Notes under the pieces: generated by a model | What the model saw: the letters and a program-made list of their open reading frames with translations, nothing else | What the model was told of the DNA's origin: nothing | The model's database searches: none | Position numbers and translations under genes: made by a program | In this document: positions 48,071 to 58,637 of the stretch, piece by piece | Position numbering within the stretch: the stretch's first letter is position 1 | Layout: every line of letters starts with the position of its first letter | Source: Candidatus Sulfurimonas kebritensis | GTDB taxonomy: Bacteria > Campylobacterota > Campylobacteria > Campylobacterales > Sulfurimonadaceae | Assembly: GCA_047689515.1 (NCBI GenBank) | Contig: JBEWQA010000004.1 | Location: 157-64,156, forward strand | DNA: 64,000 bases | Direction: 5' to 3'

Positions 48071-48589
48071 TTATTCCCATCTTTTATATAAACTATTTTC
48101 GATTCCAAGCAGATCAAACCACTTTCCGATCACAAAGTTTTCCATATCTTCCAGAGTTTGCTGCTCAGAGTAATATGCCATTACAGGCGGTGCTATGATG
48201 ATCCCAAGAGCCGCAAGTTTTTGCATATTCTCTAAGGCTATAGCCGAAAAAGGGATCTCACGAGGTGCCAGCAGCAGCTTTTTTTGCTCTTTGATCATCA
48301 CGGCTGCACAGCGGGTGATCAGGTTGTCACTGATACCGCAGGCGATCTTGGCAAGTGTATTCATACTGCAGGGCGCTATGATCATAGCATCGATTCCAAA
48401 GGATCCTGAAGCTACGCTCGCCGAGATATCAGCATTGTCATGATAGATGACATTTTGCTCTTTTTCTAAAACAGTTTTTGAGTTCTCACTCATAATACAG
48501 TGTTTTTCAAATTTTTCAGGAAGCAGTTCCAAGGTTTTTAATCCCAGGTTTACTCCGCTTGCCCCGCTAGTCGCTACTACTATTTTCAT
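48071..48589 (-). CDS. ubiX: Flavin prenyltransferase UbiX
   Basis: MKIVVATSGASGVNLG and flavoprotein-fold conservation. Confidence 0.85.
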   Translation of the reverse strand: MKIVVATSGASGVNLGLKTLELLPEKFEKHCIMSENSKTVLEKEQNVIYHDNADISASVASGSFGIDAMIIAPCSMNTLAKIACGISDNLITRCAAVMIKEQKKLLLAPREIPFSAIALENMQKLAALGIIIAPPVMAYYSEQQTLEDMENFVIGKWFDLLGIENSLYKRWE

Positions 48590-49458
48590 CTTGTTTTTGC
48601 CTTGTTTTTTCCGGTCACTGTCACTTTGACCTTTTTTTTCTTGTTGGTTTCAACAAAGATACGATCACCCAAGGTGCCGTTTTGCAAAGCTCTTGCACTA
48701 AAGTTGATCAAGATAGAACCGTTGTGTAGGGTCACATTAATCAGTTCACCTCGTCTGATCAGTGTCAATGGCTCTACATCACGTTCTGTTAGCAGTGAGC
48801 CTTTCTCCATCTTGTGTTTGAGCTCGATACTGCCGTTTTTTATGCTTTGCAGCGGCATCGCTGTAAATTTTTCCAGAATTATACTATTTTTTGCCGTATT
48901 TACTCTAGAGAGCTCTGTATTTCTATCACAATCTTTTCTCAAAGTGAGTACAGGCAGTGAGGCCTTGAGTTTGTAATTAAAAAAGTATTTTCTATGATTA
49001 TCACTTTCTATAGCGACGATACCTTCGTTTGAGAGGTGCTCTTTTTTGCGGATCTCTATCGTATAGTTTTTAGGAAGTTTATCCATATAGTAGCGGGGTG
49101 AGATCTCCATCTTTTTAATGGTGATACTTTTATATTTTGATTTGTAGTGTTTCTCTAAAAAATCTCTGAGCCTTGCAGTGTCGATAGGGGAGATCTTATT
49201 AAACTGGATATAGGGATAGCGGGAGACGTAACCTTTTAGCCCGTGCTTTTCCAATATCTTGATTAGTTTTTTTGCCCTGATTCGCTTGATATGTTTTGTA
49301 TTTGAGAGGCGGAAGAGAATGCGATCCTCTTTTGCTGAGATCTCTTTTGCTATATCGGAGAGTTTAATTGTATCCTCTTGTACAAAGTAGTTGCGTTGCA
49401 GGTTTGCACTATAAAGGTTGATAGATATAAAAAGTGTCAATAGTATTTTGATAAACAT
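48586..49458 (-). CDS. flgA: Flagellar basal-body P-ring formation chaperone FlgA
   Basis: Signal peptide, SAF-like region, C-terminal ARALQNGTLGDRIFVET pattern. Same position next to ubiX as in C. jejuni. Confidence 0.75.
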   Translation of the reverse strand: MFIKILLTLFISINLYSANLQRNYFVQEDTIKLSDIAKEISAKEDRILFRLSNTKHIKRIRAKKLIKILEKHGLKGYVSRYPYIQFNKISPIDTARLRDFLEKHYKSKYKSITIKKMEISPRYYMDKLPKNYTIEIRKKEHLSNEGIVAIESDNHRKYFFNYKLKASLPVLTLRKDCDRNTELSRVNTAKNSIILEKFTAMPLQSIKNGSIELKHKMEKGSLLTERDVEPLTLIRRGELINVTLHNGSILINFSARALQNGTLGDRIFVETNKKKKVKVTVTGKNKAKTR

Positions 49459-49609
49459 AAAACTCTTACATTTTTGAAATTTTTATTATTTTACCATTTT
49501 CGAAGCTTTTCACCTAGTTTTGATGAAAACTTATTGTTCAAAGATTAGATTAATGTTTATTAATATATCATACTTGTATATCAAAAATATATCAAAAGAT
49601 GGAGTATAT

Positions 49610-50695
49610 ATGGGCCTTTTTAGTAATTGCGACGTAGAGAAAAACCAGATAAAACAGTTGCAAAATGAAAACACTCGGCTACAAAATGAAGTTGAAGAGT
49701 TAAAAGCACTTTTAGCGCAAAAGGAACAAGAGGAGACGACTCATAATGCTCCGACGGAAAATAAAGCGCATGATGAGATTGTCCAGATGCTTATGACTTC
49801 TTACAAAAGTGGCGTAGGATTTGTTAGAAACATTTTACAATCTACTGTCGATTCACTTGATGAAGCAGGCGATTTAAACGGTCGAACAAGTCGTCGCATC
49901 ACAACAGTGCAGTCTGAAGGTGACTCAATCAACCAGTCGATAGATCAGATAGCACAAGAGGCGATGAACCTCGATAACGGTGCATCCTCTTTGAACAACA
50001 GTGTCGCCTCTATAGGTGATATTATTAACCTTATTAAAGATATCTCGGATCAGACAAACCTTTTAGCTCTAAATGCTGCGATCGAGGCTGCCCGTGCAGG
50101 TGAACACGGGCGCGGATTTGCCGTGGTTGCCGATGAAGTGAGAAAACTTGCCGAGCGTACGCAAAAAGCGACGCAAGAGGTGGAGATCAGCATTAGCCAG
50201 CTCAAGCAAAACACTTCTGAGATCCAAGATATCTCAGAACTCTTTAGAGACAACACAAGCAAAATGACAGAGACTTTAGCGGTATTCTTTGAAGAGCTTA
50301 ATTTTGTGATTAGCAACTCCCAAAGAATTACCGAAATCACTTCAAATATCACAAACGAGATCGGTATCGGTAACGGAAAACTTGATCATATCTTGCTAAA
50401 ACTCTTGGCGTACAATGCGTTTATAAATGAAGAGAGCCCAGCGATAGGTGACGAACACAGTTGTGTATTTGGTAAATGGTTTGATGAAAACAAAGAGCAG
50501 ATCAAAAACGTACCAAATGCGATCAATAGCGTGTCGACACACCATGCAAATGTACACAACTCGATCAAAGAAGCTATCAGTTTATGGAAAGAGAAAAAGT
50601 TCGATCAAGCCGTAGAAAAAATGAAATCTGTTGAACACTCCAGTGAAGTAGGATTTGAAGAGCTTTATGATGCTTTTGTAAGTACACATCACTAA
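49610..50695 (+). CDS. Soluble methyl-accepting chemotaxis protein with a C-terminal CZB zinc-binding domain (TlpD-like)
   Basis: No TM helix. N-terminal coiled coil. MCP hairpin [37 protein letters not shown] motifs [11 protein letters not shown] and HHANVH. ATG 49610 follows AAGATGGAG; the ORF track opens at 49520. Confidence 0.85.
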   Translation: MGLFSNCDVEKNQIKQLQNENTRLQNEVEELKALLAQKEQEETTHNAPTENKAHDEIVQMLMTSYKSGVGFVRNILQSTVDSLDEAGDLNGRTSRRITTVQSEGDSINQSIDQIAQEAMNLDNGASSLNNSVASIGDIINLIKDISDQTNLLALNAAIEAARAGEHGRGFAVVADEVRKLAERTQKATQEVEISISQLKQNTSEIQDISELFRDNTSKMTETLAVFFEELNFVISNSQRITEITSNITNEIGIGNGKLDHILLKLLAYNAFINEESPAIGDEHSCVFGKWFDENKEQIKNVPNAINSVSTHHANVHNSIKEAISLWKEKKFDQAVEKMKSVEHSSEVGFEELYDAFVSTHH

Positions 50696-50770
50696 ATAAC
50701 AATTTTTTATAATCTGTGCTATGATATGTAGAAGCGATATTTAGAGATACTTTCAAACAAAGGATCGAAA

Positions 50771-52486
50771 ATGGATAGTACACATAACCTTGTTGACTAT
50801 GAAAAAGAGTATGAAAAGTTTGCGTGGGATGACGTCTCAAAAGCTTTAGATTATCAGCAAGGCGGCGGGTTAAACATAGCCTATGAGGCTATCGACAGGC
50901 ACGCCGAAGGTAAAAACAGAGATAAAACTGCACTGGTGTGGCTCTCCGAAAAGGGTGAGCGGAAAACTTTCTCCTTTTTAGAGATAAAAAAATTCAGTGC
51001 AAAATTTGCAAACGTCCTAAAAACTTTGGGGCTTGCAAAGGGGGAGCGGATCTTTACCCTTTCAACGCGGAAGTATGAACTTTATATCTCCGCAATCGGG
51101 ATACTGAAAAACCAAAATGTGATGTGTCCGCTTTTTTCCCAGTTTGGCCCCGAACCGATACTCCAGCGACTCAGCAGCGGTGATGCCAAAGCTTTGCTTA
51201 CTACAAAAAGACTCTACAAGAAAAAAATTCTTCCTATTATAGATAAACTCCCGCAATTAAAATATATCATCCTTTTTGATGCCGATGACCACGAGAGTGA
51301 AAATATCTTGTCATACAGTAAATTGATGGCGGTTGCATCTGAGGATTTTACGATCCCTGAAACAGATGAAGAGGATATGTCAGTGCTGCACTTTACAAGC
51401 GGTACGACAGGGATGCCAAAGGGTGTGGTCCATGTGCATAAAGCAGTATATAATCATTATATCAGCGGCAAGTATGCACTTGATCTGCATGAAGATGATA
51501 TCTACTGGTGTACGGCAGATCCAGGCTGGGTTACAGGGACATCTTACGGGATCATTACCCCTTGGGTTCACGGTGTTACAAATATTGTCGATGAAGCGGA
51601 GTTTGACGCATCAAGATGGTACAAAACACTTCAAGATGAGAAAGTGAGTGTCTGGTATACCGCACCGACAGCGATCAGAAGACTTATGAGGATCGACAAC
51701 GAGCCTTTAGAAGAGTATGATTTATCTCATCTTCGTCTTATTTTAAGTGTAGGTGAGCCTCTCAACCCTGAAGCAGTCGTATGGGGTAGTGAAAAACTAA
51801 ACCTCCCTATACACGATAACTGGTGGCAGAGTGAAACAGGTGCGATCATGATCTCCAACTACGCTTCACAAACTATCCGTCCGGGTTCGATGGGAAGACC
51901 TCTTCCCGGCATTACAGCTACGATCCTGCGTCAAAATGATGATGGGAGCGTAACTGAAGTTACCGAGCCAAACGTGGAGGGTGATCTGGCTATAAAAGCG
52001 GGTTGGCCCTCTATGTTTAGGATGTATCTTCACAATCAGGAAAAGTACGACAAGTGTTTTAAAGACGGCTGGTATATCTCGGGCGATCTGGCTTATAGAG
52101 ATGAAGACGGCTATTTTTGGTTTGTCGGACGTGCGGATGATATTATCAAAACATCGGGACATATGGTTGGACCTTTTGAGGTAGAGAGTGCCCTGATGGA
52201 GCATGAAGCTGTAGCTGAAGCAGGGGTGATCGGTAAGCCTGATGAGATGATAGGGCAGCTTGTAAAAGCGTTTGTCTCTTTAAAACCGGGTTATGAGCCT
52301 AGCGAGGAGCTTATGCGAGAACTCATAGGTTTTGGGCGTAAAAAACTTGGAGCTGCCGTAGCTCCAAAAGAGATAGAGTTTCAGGAAAATCTGCCAAAAA
52401 CCAGAAGCGGTAAAATTATGAGACGTTTGCTTAAAGCCAGAGAGATGGGATTGCCGGAAGGCGATACTTCTACCCTTGAGTCGTAA
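50771..52486 (+). CDS. AMP-forming acyl/acetyl-CoA synthetase (Bacillus AcsA-like, ~570 aa type)
   Basis: AMP-binding motif [20 protein letters not shown]-terminal SGKIMRR. Confidence 0.8.
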   Translation: MDSTHNLVDYEKEYEKFAWDDVSKALDYQQGGGLNIAYEAIDRHAEGKNRDKTALVWLSEKGERKTFSFLEIKKFSAKFANVLKTLGLAKGERIFTLSTRKYELYISAIGILKNQNVMCPLFSQFGPEPILQRLSSGDAKALLTTKRLYKKKILPIIDKLPQLKYIILFDADDHESENILSYSKLMAVASEDFTIPETDEEDMSVLHFTSGTTGMPKGVVHVHKAVYNHYISGKYALDLHEDDIYWCTADPGWVTGTSYGIITPWVHGVTNIVDEAEFDASRWYKTLQDEKVSVWYTAPTAIRRLMRIDNEPLEEYDLSHLRLILSVGEPLNPEAVVWGSEKLNLPIHDNWWQSETGAIMISNYASQTIRPGSMGRPLPGITATILRQNDDGSVTEVTEPNVEGDLAIKAGWPSMFRMYLHNQEKYDKCFKDGWYISGDLAYRDEDGYFWFVGRADDIIKTSGHMVGPFEVESALMEHEAVAEAGVIGKPDEMIGQLVKAFVSLKPGYEPSEELMRELIGFGRKKLGAAVAPKEIEFQENLPKTRSGKIMRRLLKAREMGLPEGDTSTLES

Positions 52487-52495
52487 AGGATTAGT

Positions 52496-53470
52496 ATGAA
52501 CTTAACCAAAGAAAAAGCAAAAGAGTATTATTCAAAAATGTTGCTTATCAGACGCTTTGAAGAGAAGTGTGTGGAGCTTTATTCGTCGCAGAAGATACGC
52601 GGTTTTTTACATCTGTATATCGGGGAAGAAGCGGTAGCCGTCGGGCTGCATGACGCTTTGGACGAAAATGATTCGATCCTCACTACTTACAGAGAACACG
52701 GTCATGCGCTGACAAGAGGTGTAAGTGCCAAGAGTGTAATGGCGGAACTCTACGGTAAGATTGACGGTTGTTCGCGCGGACGAGGTGGTTCTATGCACCT
52801 TTTTGATGCCAAAACCAGATTTTACGGAGGGAGTGCTATAGTAGGCGGAGGTCTCCCTTTGGCTGTCGGGATGGCTTTGGCTGACAAGATGCAAAACAAT
52901 ACCCGGGTAACTGTTGCTGTTTTCGGTGACGGTGCAGTTGCAGAGGGTGAGTTCCATGAAGCGCTTAACTTGGCCGCACTGTGGGAGCTTCCTATCCTTT
53001 TTGTATGTGAGAACAATGAGTACGCTATGGGTACTGCTTTAAAATATACAGAATCCCAAACAGAGATCTACAAAAAAGCGGAGTCTTACAATATCCATGC
53101 AAAACAGGTTGACGGGATGGATGTTTTAGAGGTAGCCAAGGCGGCACATCGTGCCGTAGAGGATATAAAAGATAGTTCAAAACCCGTCTTTTTAGAATGT
53201 CTGACTTACCGTTTTCGAGCACATTCTATGTTTGATGCAGAACTTTACCGTGAAAAATCGGAAGTGAAAGAGTGGAAAGAGAAGGGACCTTTAGTTATTT
53301 ATGAAGAGAGACTAAAAGAGCTTGGGTTGTGGTCTGAGATCGATGCAGAAGCGATCGAAGCAGAGGTACAAAAGGTTGTGGATGAGGCTGTAGAGTTTGC
53401 GGAGAATTCAGAGTTTGAACCGCTCGAAGATCTGAAAAAATTTGTATATTCGGAGGTGAGTAATGGCTGA
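52496..53470 (+). CDS. TPP-dependent 2-oxoacid/acetoin dehydrogenase E1 alpha subunit
   Basis: TPP motif [15 protein letters not shown]...[10 protein letters not shown]. The 324-aa length is closer to AcoA than to PdhA. Confidence 0.88.
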   Translation: MNLTKEKAKEYYSKMLLIRRFEEKCVELYSSQKIRGFLHLYIGEEAVAVGLHDALDENDSILTTYREHGHALTRGVSAKSVMAELYGKIDGCSRGRGGSMHLFDAKTRFYGGSAIVGGGLPLAVGMALADKMQNNTRVTVAVFGDGAVAEGEFHEALNLAALWELPILFVCENNEYAMGTALKYTESQTEIYKKAESYNIHAKQVDGMDVLEVAKAAHRAVEDIKDSSKPVFLECLTYRFRAHSMFDAELYREKSEVKEWKEKGPLVIYEERLKELGLWSEIDAEAIEAEVQKVVDEAVEFAENSEFEPLEDLKKFVYSEVSNG

Positions 53471-54443
53471 GACTACATACCGCGAAGCTGTAAGAGCTGC
53501 GATTGATGATGCTATGAGTGCCGATGAAAGAGTCTTTTTGATGGGTGAAGATGTAGGGCATTACGGCGGATGCTACGCTGTAAGTATGGGCCTTTTGGAG
53601 AAGTTTGGAGACAAACGGATCATAGATACCCCATTGAGTGAGTCCACATTTACGGGTGCCGGCATTGGTGCGGCACTAAACGGGATGCGCCCGATTGTAG
53701 AGATCATGACGGTAAACTTTAGTATGTTAGCCCTTGATCAGATCATGAACAATGCTGCCACGCTGATGCATATGTCAGGGGGACAGTTTAATGTCCCTTT
53801 GGTTATACGTATGGCTACGGGCGGAGGGAAACAACTCGGTGCGCAGCATTCACACTCGTTAGAGGGGTGGTATGCACATATACCGGGATTAAAAATACTT
53901 ACCCCTGCAACCGTTCAAGATGCTTACGATATGGTACTACTTGCTTTAAAAGATCCAAATCCGGTGCTTGTATTTGAAAATGCACTCCTTTATAACGATA
54001 AGGGTGATCTAGACAGAGATGCCAAAGCTCTGCCTATCGGCAAAGCAAAGGTGGAAAAAGAGGGGAAAGATGTAACGATCTTCACATATGGAATAAGTGT
54101 TTTCAAATCCCTAGAAGCAGCTAAAACTTTGGCCGAAGAGGAAATCGATGCGGAAGTGATTGATCTGAGATCGCTTCGCCCGTTGGATGATGAAACTATT
54201 ATGGCCTCTGTTGCCAAAACCCACAGAGTGGTTATAGTGGACGAGGGATGGAAAAGCGGCAGTTTATCTGCTGAGATTATGGCGCGTATAAACGAGCAGG
54301 CTTTTTACGAGCTTGATGCCCCGATGGAAAGGGTATGTACAGAGGAGGTCCCCCTCCCATATGCCAAGCATCTTGAAGATGCAGCCTTGCCGCAGTCTGA
54401 TAAAATAGTCGAAGCTGTTAAAAAAACGGTAGGTGCGTCATGA
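53463..54443 (+). CDS. 2-oxoacid/acetoin dehydrogenase E1 beta subunit
   Basis: Transketolase-like pyrimidine-binding and C-terminal domains ([15 protein letters not shown]). 8-nt overlap with E1 alpha. Confidence 0.9.
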   Translation: MAETTYREAVRAAIDDAMSADERVFLMGEDVGHYGGCYAVSMGLLEKFGDKRIIDTPLSESTFTGAGIGAALNGMRPIVEIMTVNFSMLALDQIMNNAATLMHMSGGQFNVPLVIRMATGGGKQLGAQHSHSLEGWYAHIPGLKILTPATVQDAYDMVLLALKDPNPVLVFENALLYNDKGDLDRDAKALPIGKAKVEKEGKDVTIFTYGISVFKSLEAAKTLAEEEIDAEVIDLRSLRPLDDETIMASVAKTHRVVIVDEGWKSGSLSAEIMARINEQAFYELDAPMERVCTEEVPLPYAKHLEDAALPQSDKIVEAVKKTVGAS

Positions 54444-55675
54444 GTGAATTTGTAATGCCGAGTCTCGGTGCGGATATGGAATCGGCTGTTTTGATGGAAT
54501 GGCACGTTAAAGAGGGTGACAGAGTCAGCAAAGGGGATGTGATAGCCGAAGTGGAAACCAGCAAGGGTGTTATAGAGATAGAGGTATTTGAAGAGGGGAT
54601 TGTAGAGAAGCTTTTGGTGGAGGAGGAGACTGAGTGTAAGGTTGGAACCCCTTTGGCGATCATAGCCTCAGATGCAGATAAAAGCGTAGAAGTAAAAGTA
54701 CAAGAACCTACATCACAAGAAGATGTTGAAAAACAGGAAGAACCAGAGCCTAAAAAAGAAAAACAAAAACTGGAGGTTCCACAAGAGAGTGAAATAAAGA
54801 TTGAAAACAGAGGTATAAAAGCCTCCCCTGCAGCGAGAAAAAAAGCTGAAGAGTTAGGAATAGACTTGGCAAAAGTAAGTCCAAAAGATGGTGTTATACA
54901 GCTTGCCCAGTTGGAGGGACTAGAGCCAAAAGAGGCAGAAACAGCTGTCACGGAAGAGGAAAAGCCAAAACCAAAAGCAGATACAAAAGCAGATACAAAA
55001 GCAGATACAAAAGATAGTATGCGCCAAGCGATAGCAGCCGCTATGAGCAAATCAAACGCTGAGATACCCCACTATTATCTCTCAACCACGATCAATATGA
55101 CCCCTGCGTTAGAGTACTTGGAGGAGTTAAATAGACAGCGGAGTATAAAAGAGAGGATACTTCCCGCTGCTATGCTTATATATGCAGCAGTACTGGCTTT
55201 AAAAGAGGTGCCTGAATTAAACGGATTTTGGGAGGAGGGTACGCTCCATACCGGTGAGGCGATACATCCCGGGATCGCAATAGCTCTTAGAAAGGGTGGT
55301 CTGATAACACCCGCACTGCTAAATGCAGATGTTAAGGATCTCAATGATATTATGGAGTCTCTCAGTGATCTGATAACAAGGAGTCGTGCAGGAAAACTTC
55401 GCTCAAGTGAACTGATGGCACAAACTATTACCATTACAAACCTTGGTGACTTGGGAGTTGACAGCGTCTATGGAGTTATCTACCCTCCACAGGTTGCCGT
55501 GATAGGTTTTGGAACTATTAAAGATGCCCCTTGGGCTGAGGGTGATGCCCTTTGTGTAAGAAAAGTGATGCAGGCAACATTGGCAGGTGATCACCGTGCT
55601 ACCGACGGACGAATAGGGGCACAGTTTTTAGAGAAGTTCAACCATATTTTACAAAATCCAAAGGAGATGTTATGA
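54440..55675 (+). CDS. Dihydrolipoamide acyltransferase (E2)
   Basis: Lipoyl domain with [12 protein letters not shown], subunit-binding domain [16 protein letters not shown], catalytic DHRATDG. Confidence 0.92.
   Translation: MSEFVMPSLGADMESAVLMEWHVKEGDRVSKGDVIAEVETSKGVIEIEVFEEGIVEKLLVEEETECKVGTPLAIIASDADKSVEVKVQEPTSQEDVEKQEEPEPKKEKQKLEVPQESEIKIENRGIKASPAARKKAEELGIDLAKVSPKDGVIQLAQLEGLEPKEAETAVTEEEKPKPKADTKADTKADTKDSMRQAIAAAMSKSNAEIPHYYLSTTINMTPALEYLEELNRQRSIKERILPAAMLIYAAVLALKEVPELNGFWEEGTLHTGEAIHPGIAIALRKGGLITPALLNADVKDLNDIMESLSDLITRSRAGKLRSSELMAQTITITNLGDLGVDSVYGVIYPPQVAVIGFGTIKDAPWAEGDALCVRKVMQATLAGDHRATDGRIGAQFLEKFNHILQNPKEML
54977..55012 (+). repeat. Perfect 3 x 12-nt tandem repeat (GCAGATACAAAA) encoding (ADTK)3 in the E2 inter-domain linker
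   Basis: Read directly from the sequence: gcagatacaaaa gcagatacaaaa gcagatacaaaa. Confidence 0.9.
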
Positions 55676-55914
55676 CTAAAGAAGAGTTACAGCGCATGAT
55701 AGTACAAGCAATTTTGGAGATCGCACCCGATGTTGAAGAGGATGAAATAGAACTCAATGCAAATATTCAACGTTCACTGGAGATTGATTCGTTTGATTTT
55801 TTAAAGATACTTACTGCTATGAATGAAAAGACAGGTGTCGAGGTGCCTGAGGCCGATTATGCAAAAGTGGGCTCAGTCTCAGAGATGGCTGATTATATTT
55901 TAGGCAATTTATGA
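55672..55914 (+). CDS. Stand-alone acyl carrier protein-like protein (phosphopantetheine attachment site)
   Basis: 80 aa, acidic. LEIDSFDFLKIL with Ser40 in a DS-hydrophobic motif. ATGA overlaps with both neighbours. Confidence 0.7.
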   Translation: MTKEELQRMIVQAILEIAPDVEEDEIELNANIQRSLEIDSFDFLKILTAMNEKTGVEVPEADYAKVGSVSEMADYILGNL

Positions 55915-58637
55915 GTTTTAGATCTAAAGTTATACTCATTATCGGTTTTTTATTTGTTGTACTCAACGGTGCAGTTTATTACACGATAGAGAAAAATAAA
56001 AACGATAGGATCGATGCAAGTTTAGAGAGTCATTTAGATAAGCTTGAAACCCATTATGAGATAACTTTACAGCACCAAAAAACAATAGCAGATGCCGTTT
56101 ATAAAAGAACGATTATTCAAGATGATGTTATAGAGATTTTCTCTAAAGCGTGGAGAAGCAAGAGTAAAAAAGAGCGGGACCGATTAAGAGAGAAGCTTTA
56201 TAACAAGCTAAAGTTTCAATATGAAATTATGAAAGCAAAAGGTGTGCTGCAGTACCACTTTGTATTTCCAAATAATGTAGTTTTCCTTAGAATGCACAAA
56301 CCAAGCAAATATGGTGATGACCTCAGCAGTGTCCGTTTTGATTTTAGAGATACAAATGAGAAAAAGAGGATCAACAGGGGCTTGTCACCCGGACGTACGG
56401 CACATGCCTTTAGAAATATATACCCTTTATACGACAAAGACAATAATTATATCGGAGCACTTGATGTAGCATTTCCGAGTGAAGTTTTACAAGACAGTCT
56501 CACATCGATAAATAAGATACACACCCATTTTATTTTAAATAAGCATGTATTTGATGTGAAGGCATGGGATCGAGACGATATGGTTTTAAAATATCAGCCC
56601 AGTGCCGAAAACAGTGAGTACTTACTCACTATGACTAAAAACCATACCAAAGATCGATGTATAACTGATCTTTCTGAAAAACTTAAAAGTAAACAGGAGT
56701 ATATAAAAAACTCTATAGCAAAAGGGGAGCCGTTTAGTTTTTACTACAAGGACGAGACATGTCTGCAAGCAGTTGCCTTTTTGCCTATAAGAGACAGCAT
56801 TAGCGATCATGTAATAGCCTGGCTTGTCAGTTATGAACAAGATAGTTTTATCGCCAGAACTTTGCAAAACAGTTTGATTGAAAAGGTACTTTCGTTTTTT
56901 GTACTTTTGGTTTTAGCTTATTTTATCTATAGGATCGTTAACCAAAAAGAGATCTTAAACATTGAAGTACAAAGCAAAACAAAAGAGTTGCAGGAGTTTA
57001 ATCAAAACCTTGAGAAAAAAGTTAAAGATGAAGTTGATAAAAATATGCAAATCGAACTACAGCACTCAGCTGAAGTTGAAAACTATCTCAACAAAGAGAG
57101 ATACCTAAGGACTATTATGTCTACGGTATCGGATATCAACCAGTATCTGATTACGAAAGAATCACTCGATGAGTTGTTGCAGATAACTTGTGAGAGGTTT
57201 GTAAAGCAGCACTATTATGAGTTTTGTTACATCGGTATGATCGATGAGGGGAAGATAACTAAGAACTTTTTCTCCAAAGAGAACGAATTTGCAAAAGAGT
57301 TTATGGACATAGTGAAACTCTCAAGTGAAGACAAGTTTTCCAAGTGTCCCGTAAAAAGCAGTATAGAGAAAAACCACGAAATAATCATTAATGATATAAA
57401 GACTTACGATATAGATGAGACCTATAGAGAGTGGGCTGAACACGAAAAGTTTACATCCCTTTTAGCTTTTCCTCTCAAAAAAGACTCCTACTCCGAAGTT
57501 CTCGGTGTTATAGTGGTTTTTTCTTCAAGGGAAGAGGGGTTTGAGATCGAAGAGATATCGATGCTCGAGGAGTTAAGCGGAGATATCGGTTTTGCGATCA
57601 ACTCCTTTAGACAAAAAGATGAGATACAAAAGCTTCATAAACAGATGATGAGAAATTATGAAGAGACCATTTTGGGCTTTGTAAAATTGATCGAACAAAG
57701 GGATCCTTATACGGCAGGGCATACCACAAGGGTGGCAAAATACTCCAAGATGATAGCTGAAGAACTGGGATGCAAAAAAGAGGATATAGAGAAGCTTTAC
57801 AAAGCTTCGATCCTCCATGATATAGGGAAGATATCTACACCTGATTCGATCCTTTTAAAACCTTCGCGTTTGAACTCGCTGGAGTATGAGCTTATCCAAG
57901 AGCACGTGACGGTAGGGTACGAGATGCTTAAAAACATCAAGTTGTATAAAGACCTCGCCGAGATAATGCACTATCACCATGAGCGTTATGACGGCAAGGG
58001 GTATCCTAATGGACTAAAAGGGGAAGATATACCTGAACTCTCAGCTATTATGGGTGTTGCAGATGCTTTTGATGCGATGACCAGTACACGTATCTATAAA
58101 AAGCATAAAAGTGTCGAAGATGCGTTAAAAGAACTTGTAGAACTAAAAGGGACACAGTTTAACCCTCGGATCGTAGATATTGCTATAAAAGTTTTAAAAG
58201 ATGTTAAAACCGATACTGCGATAGATCAGAACCCGAAAACTGATGTTGAGGTTGAAAGACTGGCTTATTTTTATAAAGACTCTATGACGGGTTTATATAA
58301 TGAGAACTATTTAATGCTTCTTTTATATCAAAAAGACTTTAAAGAGCAGTACAAATACTGTACACTCTTAAATATAGGAGGGTATAAAGATTACCAAACA
58401 TTAAGTGAAATACTCAAATCACTCTCTATTGAACTTTTAGAGCAGTTTCATAATGTGATGGCGTTTAGGTATGAGGATGACAATATAGTCCTGTTTGCTA
58501 CAACCCAAGAGGAGATGGAGCTCTCGATCGAGTCGGTGAAAAAAGATCCAAGTATTGAGAAAAACGGGATCGGGATCAGTGATAAAGCGATAGATATACA
58601 ACAAAAAGAGTTCGAGTCCTTAGCTGATCTTTTTTAA
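55911..58637 (+). CDS. Sensor HD-GYP phosphodiesterase (N-terminal TM + Cache-like periplasmic domain + TM + GAF-like + HD-GYP + degenerate GGDEF)
   Basis: HDIGK and HHERYDGKGYPNGL. The C-terminal domain starts DSMTGLYNENYL, but the GGDEF position reads RYEDDN. Confidence 0.85.
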   Translation: MSFRSKVILIIGFLFVVLNGAVYYTIEKNKNDRIDASLESHLDKLETHYEITLQHQKTIADAVYKRTIIQDDVIEIFSKAWRSKSKKERDRLREKLYNKLKFQYEIMKAKGVLQYHFVFPNNVVFLRMHKPSKYGDDLSSVRFDFRDTNEKKRINRGLSPGRTAHAFRNIYPLYDKDNNYIGALDVAFPSEVLQDSLTSINKIHTHFILNKHVFDVKAWDRDDMVLKYQPSAENSEYLLTMTKNHTKDRCITDLSEKLKSKQEYIKNSIAKGEPFSFYYKDETCLQAVAFLPIRDSISDHVIAWLVSYEQDSFIARTLQNSLIEKVLSFFVLLVLAYFIYRIVNQKEILNIEVQSKTKELQEFNQNLEKKVKDEVDKNMQIELQHSAEVENYLNKERYLRTIMSTVSDINQYLITKESLDELLQITCERFVKQHYYEFCYIGMIDEGKITKNFFSKENEFAKEFMDIVKLSSEDKFSKCPVKSSIEKNHEIIINDIKTYDIDETYREWAEHEKFTSLLAFPLKKDSYSEVLGVIVVFSSREEGFEIEEISMLEELSGDIGFAINSFRQKDEIQKLHKQMMRNYEETILGFVKLIEQRDPYTAGHTTRVAKYSKMIAEELGCKKEDIEKLYKASILHDIGKISTPDSILLKPSRLNSLEYELIQEHVTVGYEMLKNIKLYKDLAEIMHYHHERYDGKGYPNGLKGEDIPELSAIMGVADAFDAMTSTRIYKKHKSVEDALKELVELKGTQFNPRIVDIAIKVLKDVKTDTAIDQNPKTDVEVERLAYFYKDSMTGLYNENYLMLLLYQKDFKEQYKYCTLLNIGGYKDYQTLSEILKSLSIELLEQFHNVMAFRYEDDNIVLFATTQEEMELSIESVKKDPSIEKNGIGISDKAIDIQQKEFESLADLF

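Noticed and set aside
54418-55050. 210-aa minus-strand ORF antisense to the E2 gene
   Set aside because: The product is low-complexity, Ser/Phe/Ala-rich, and mirrors the acidic/lysine-rich E2 linker and its tandem repeat. The sense-strand E2 has lipoyl, PSBD and catalytic motifs.
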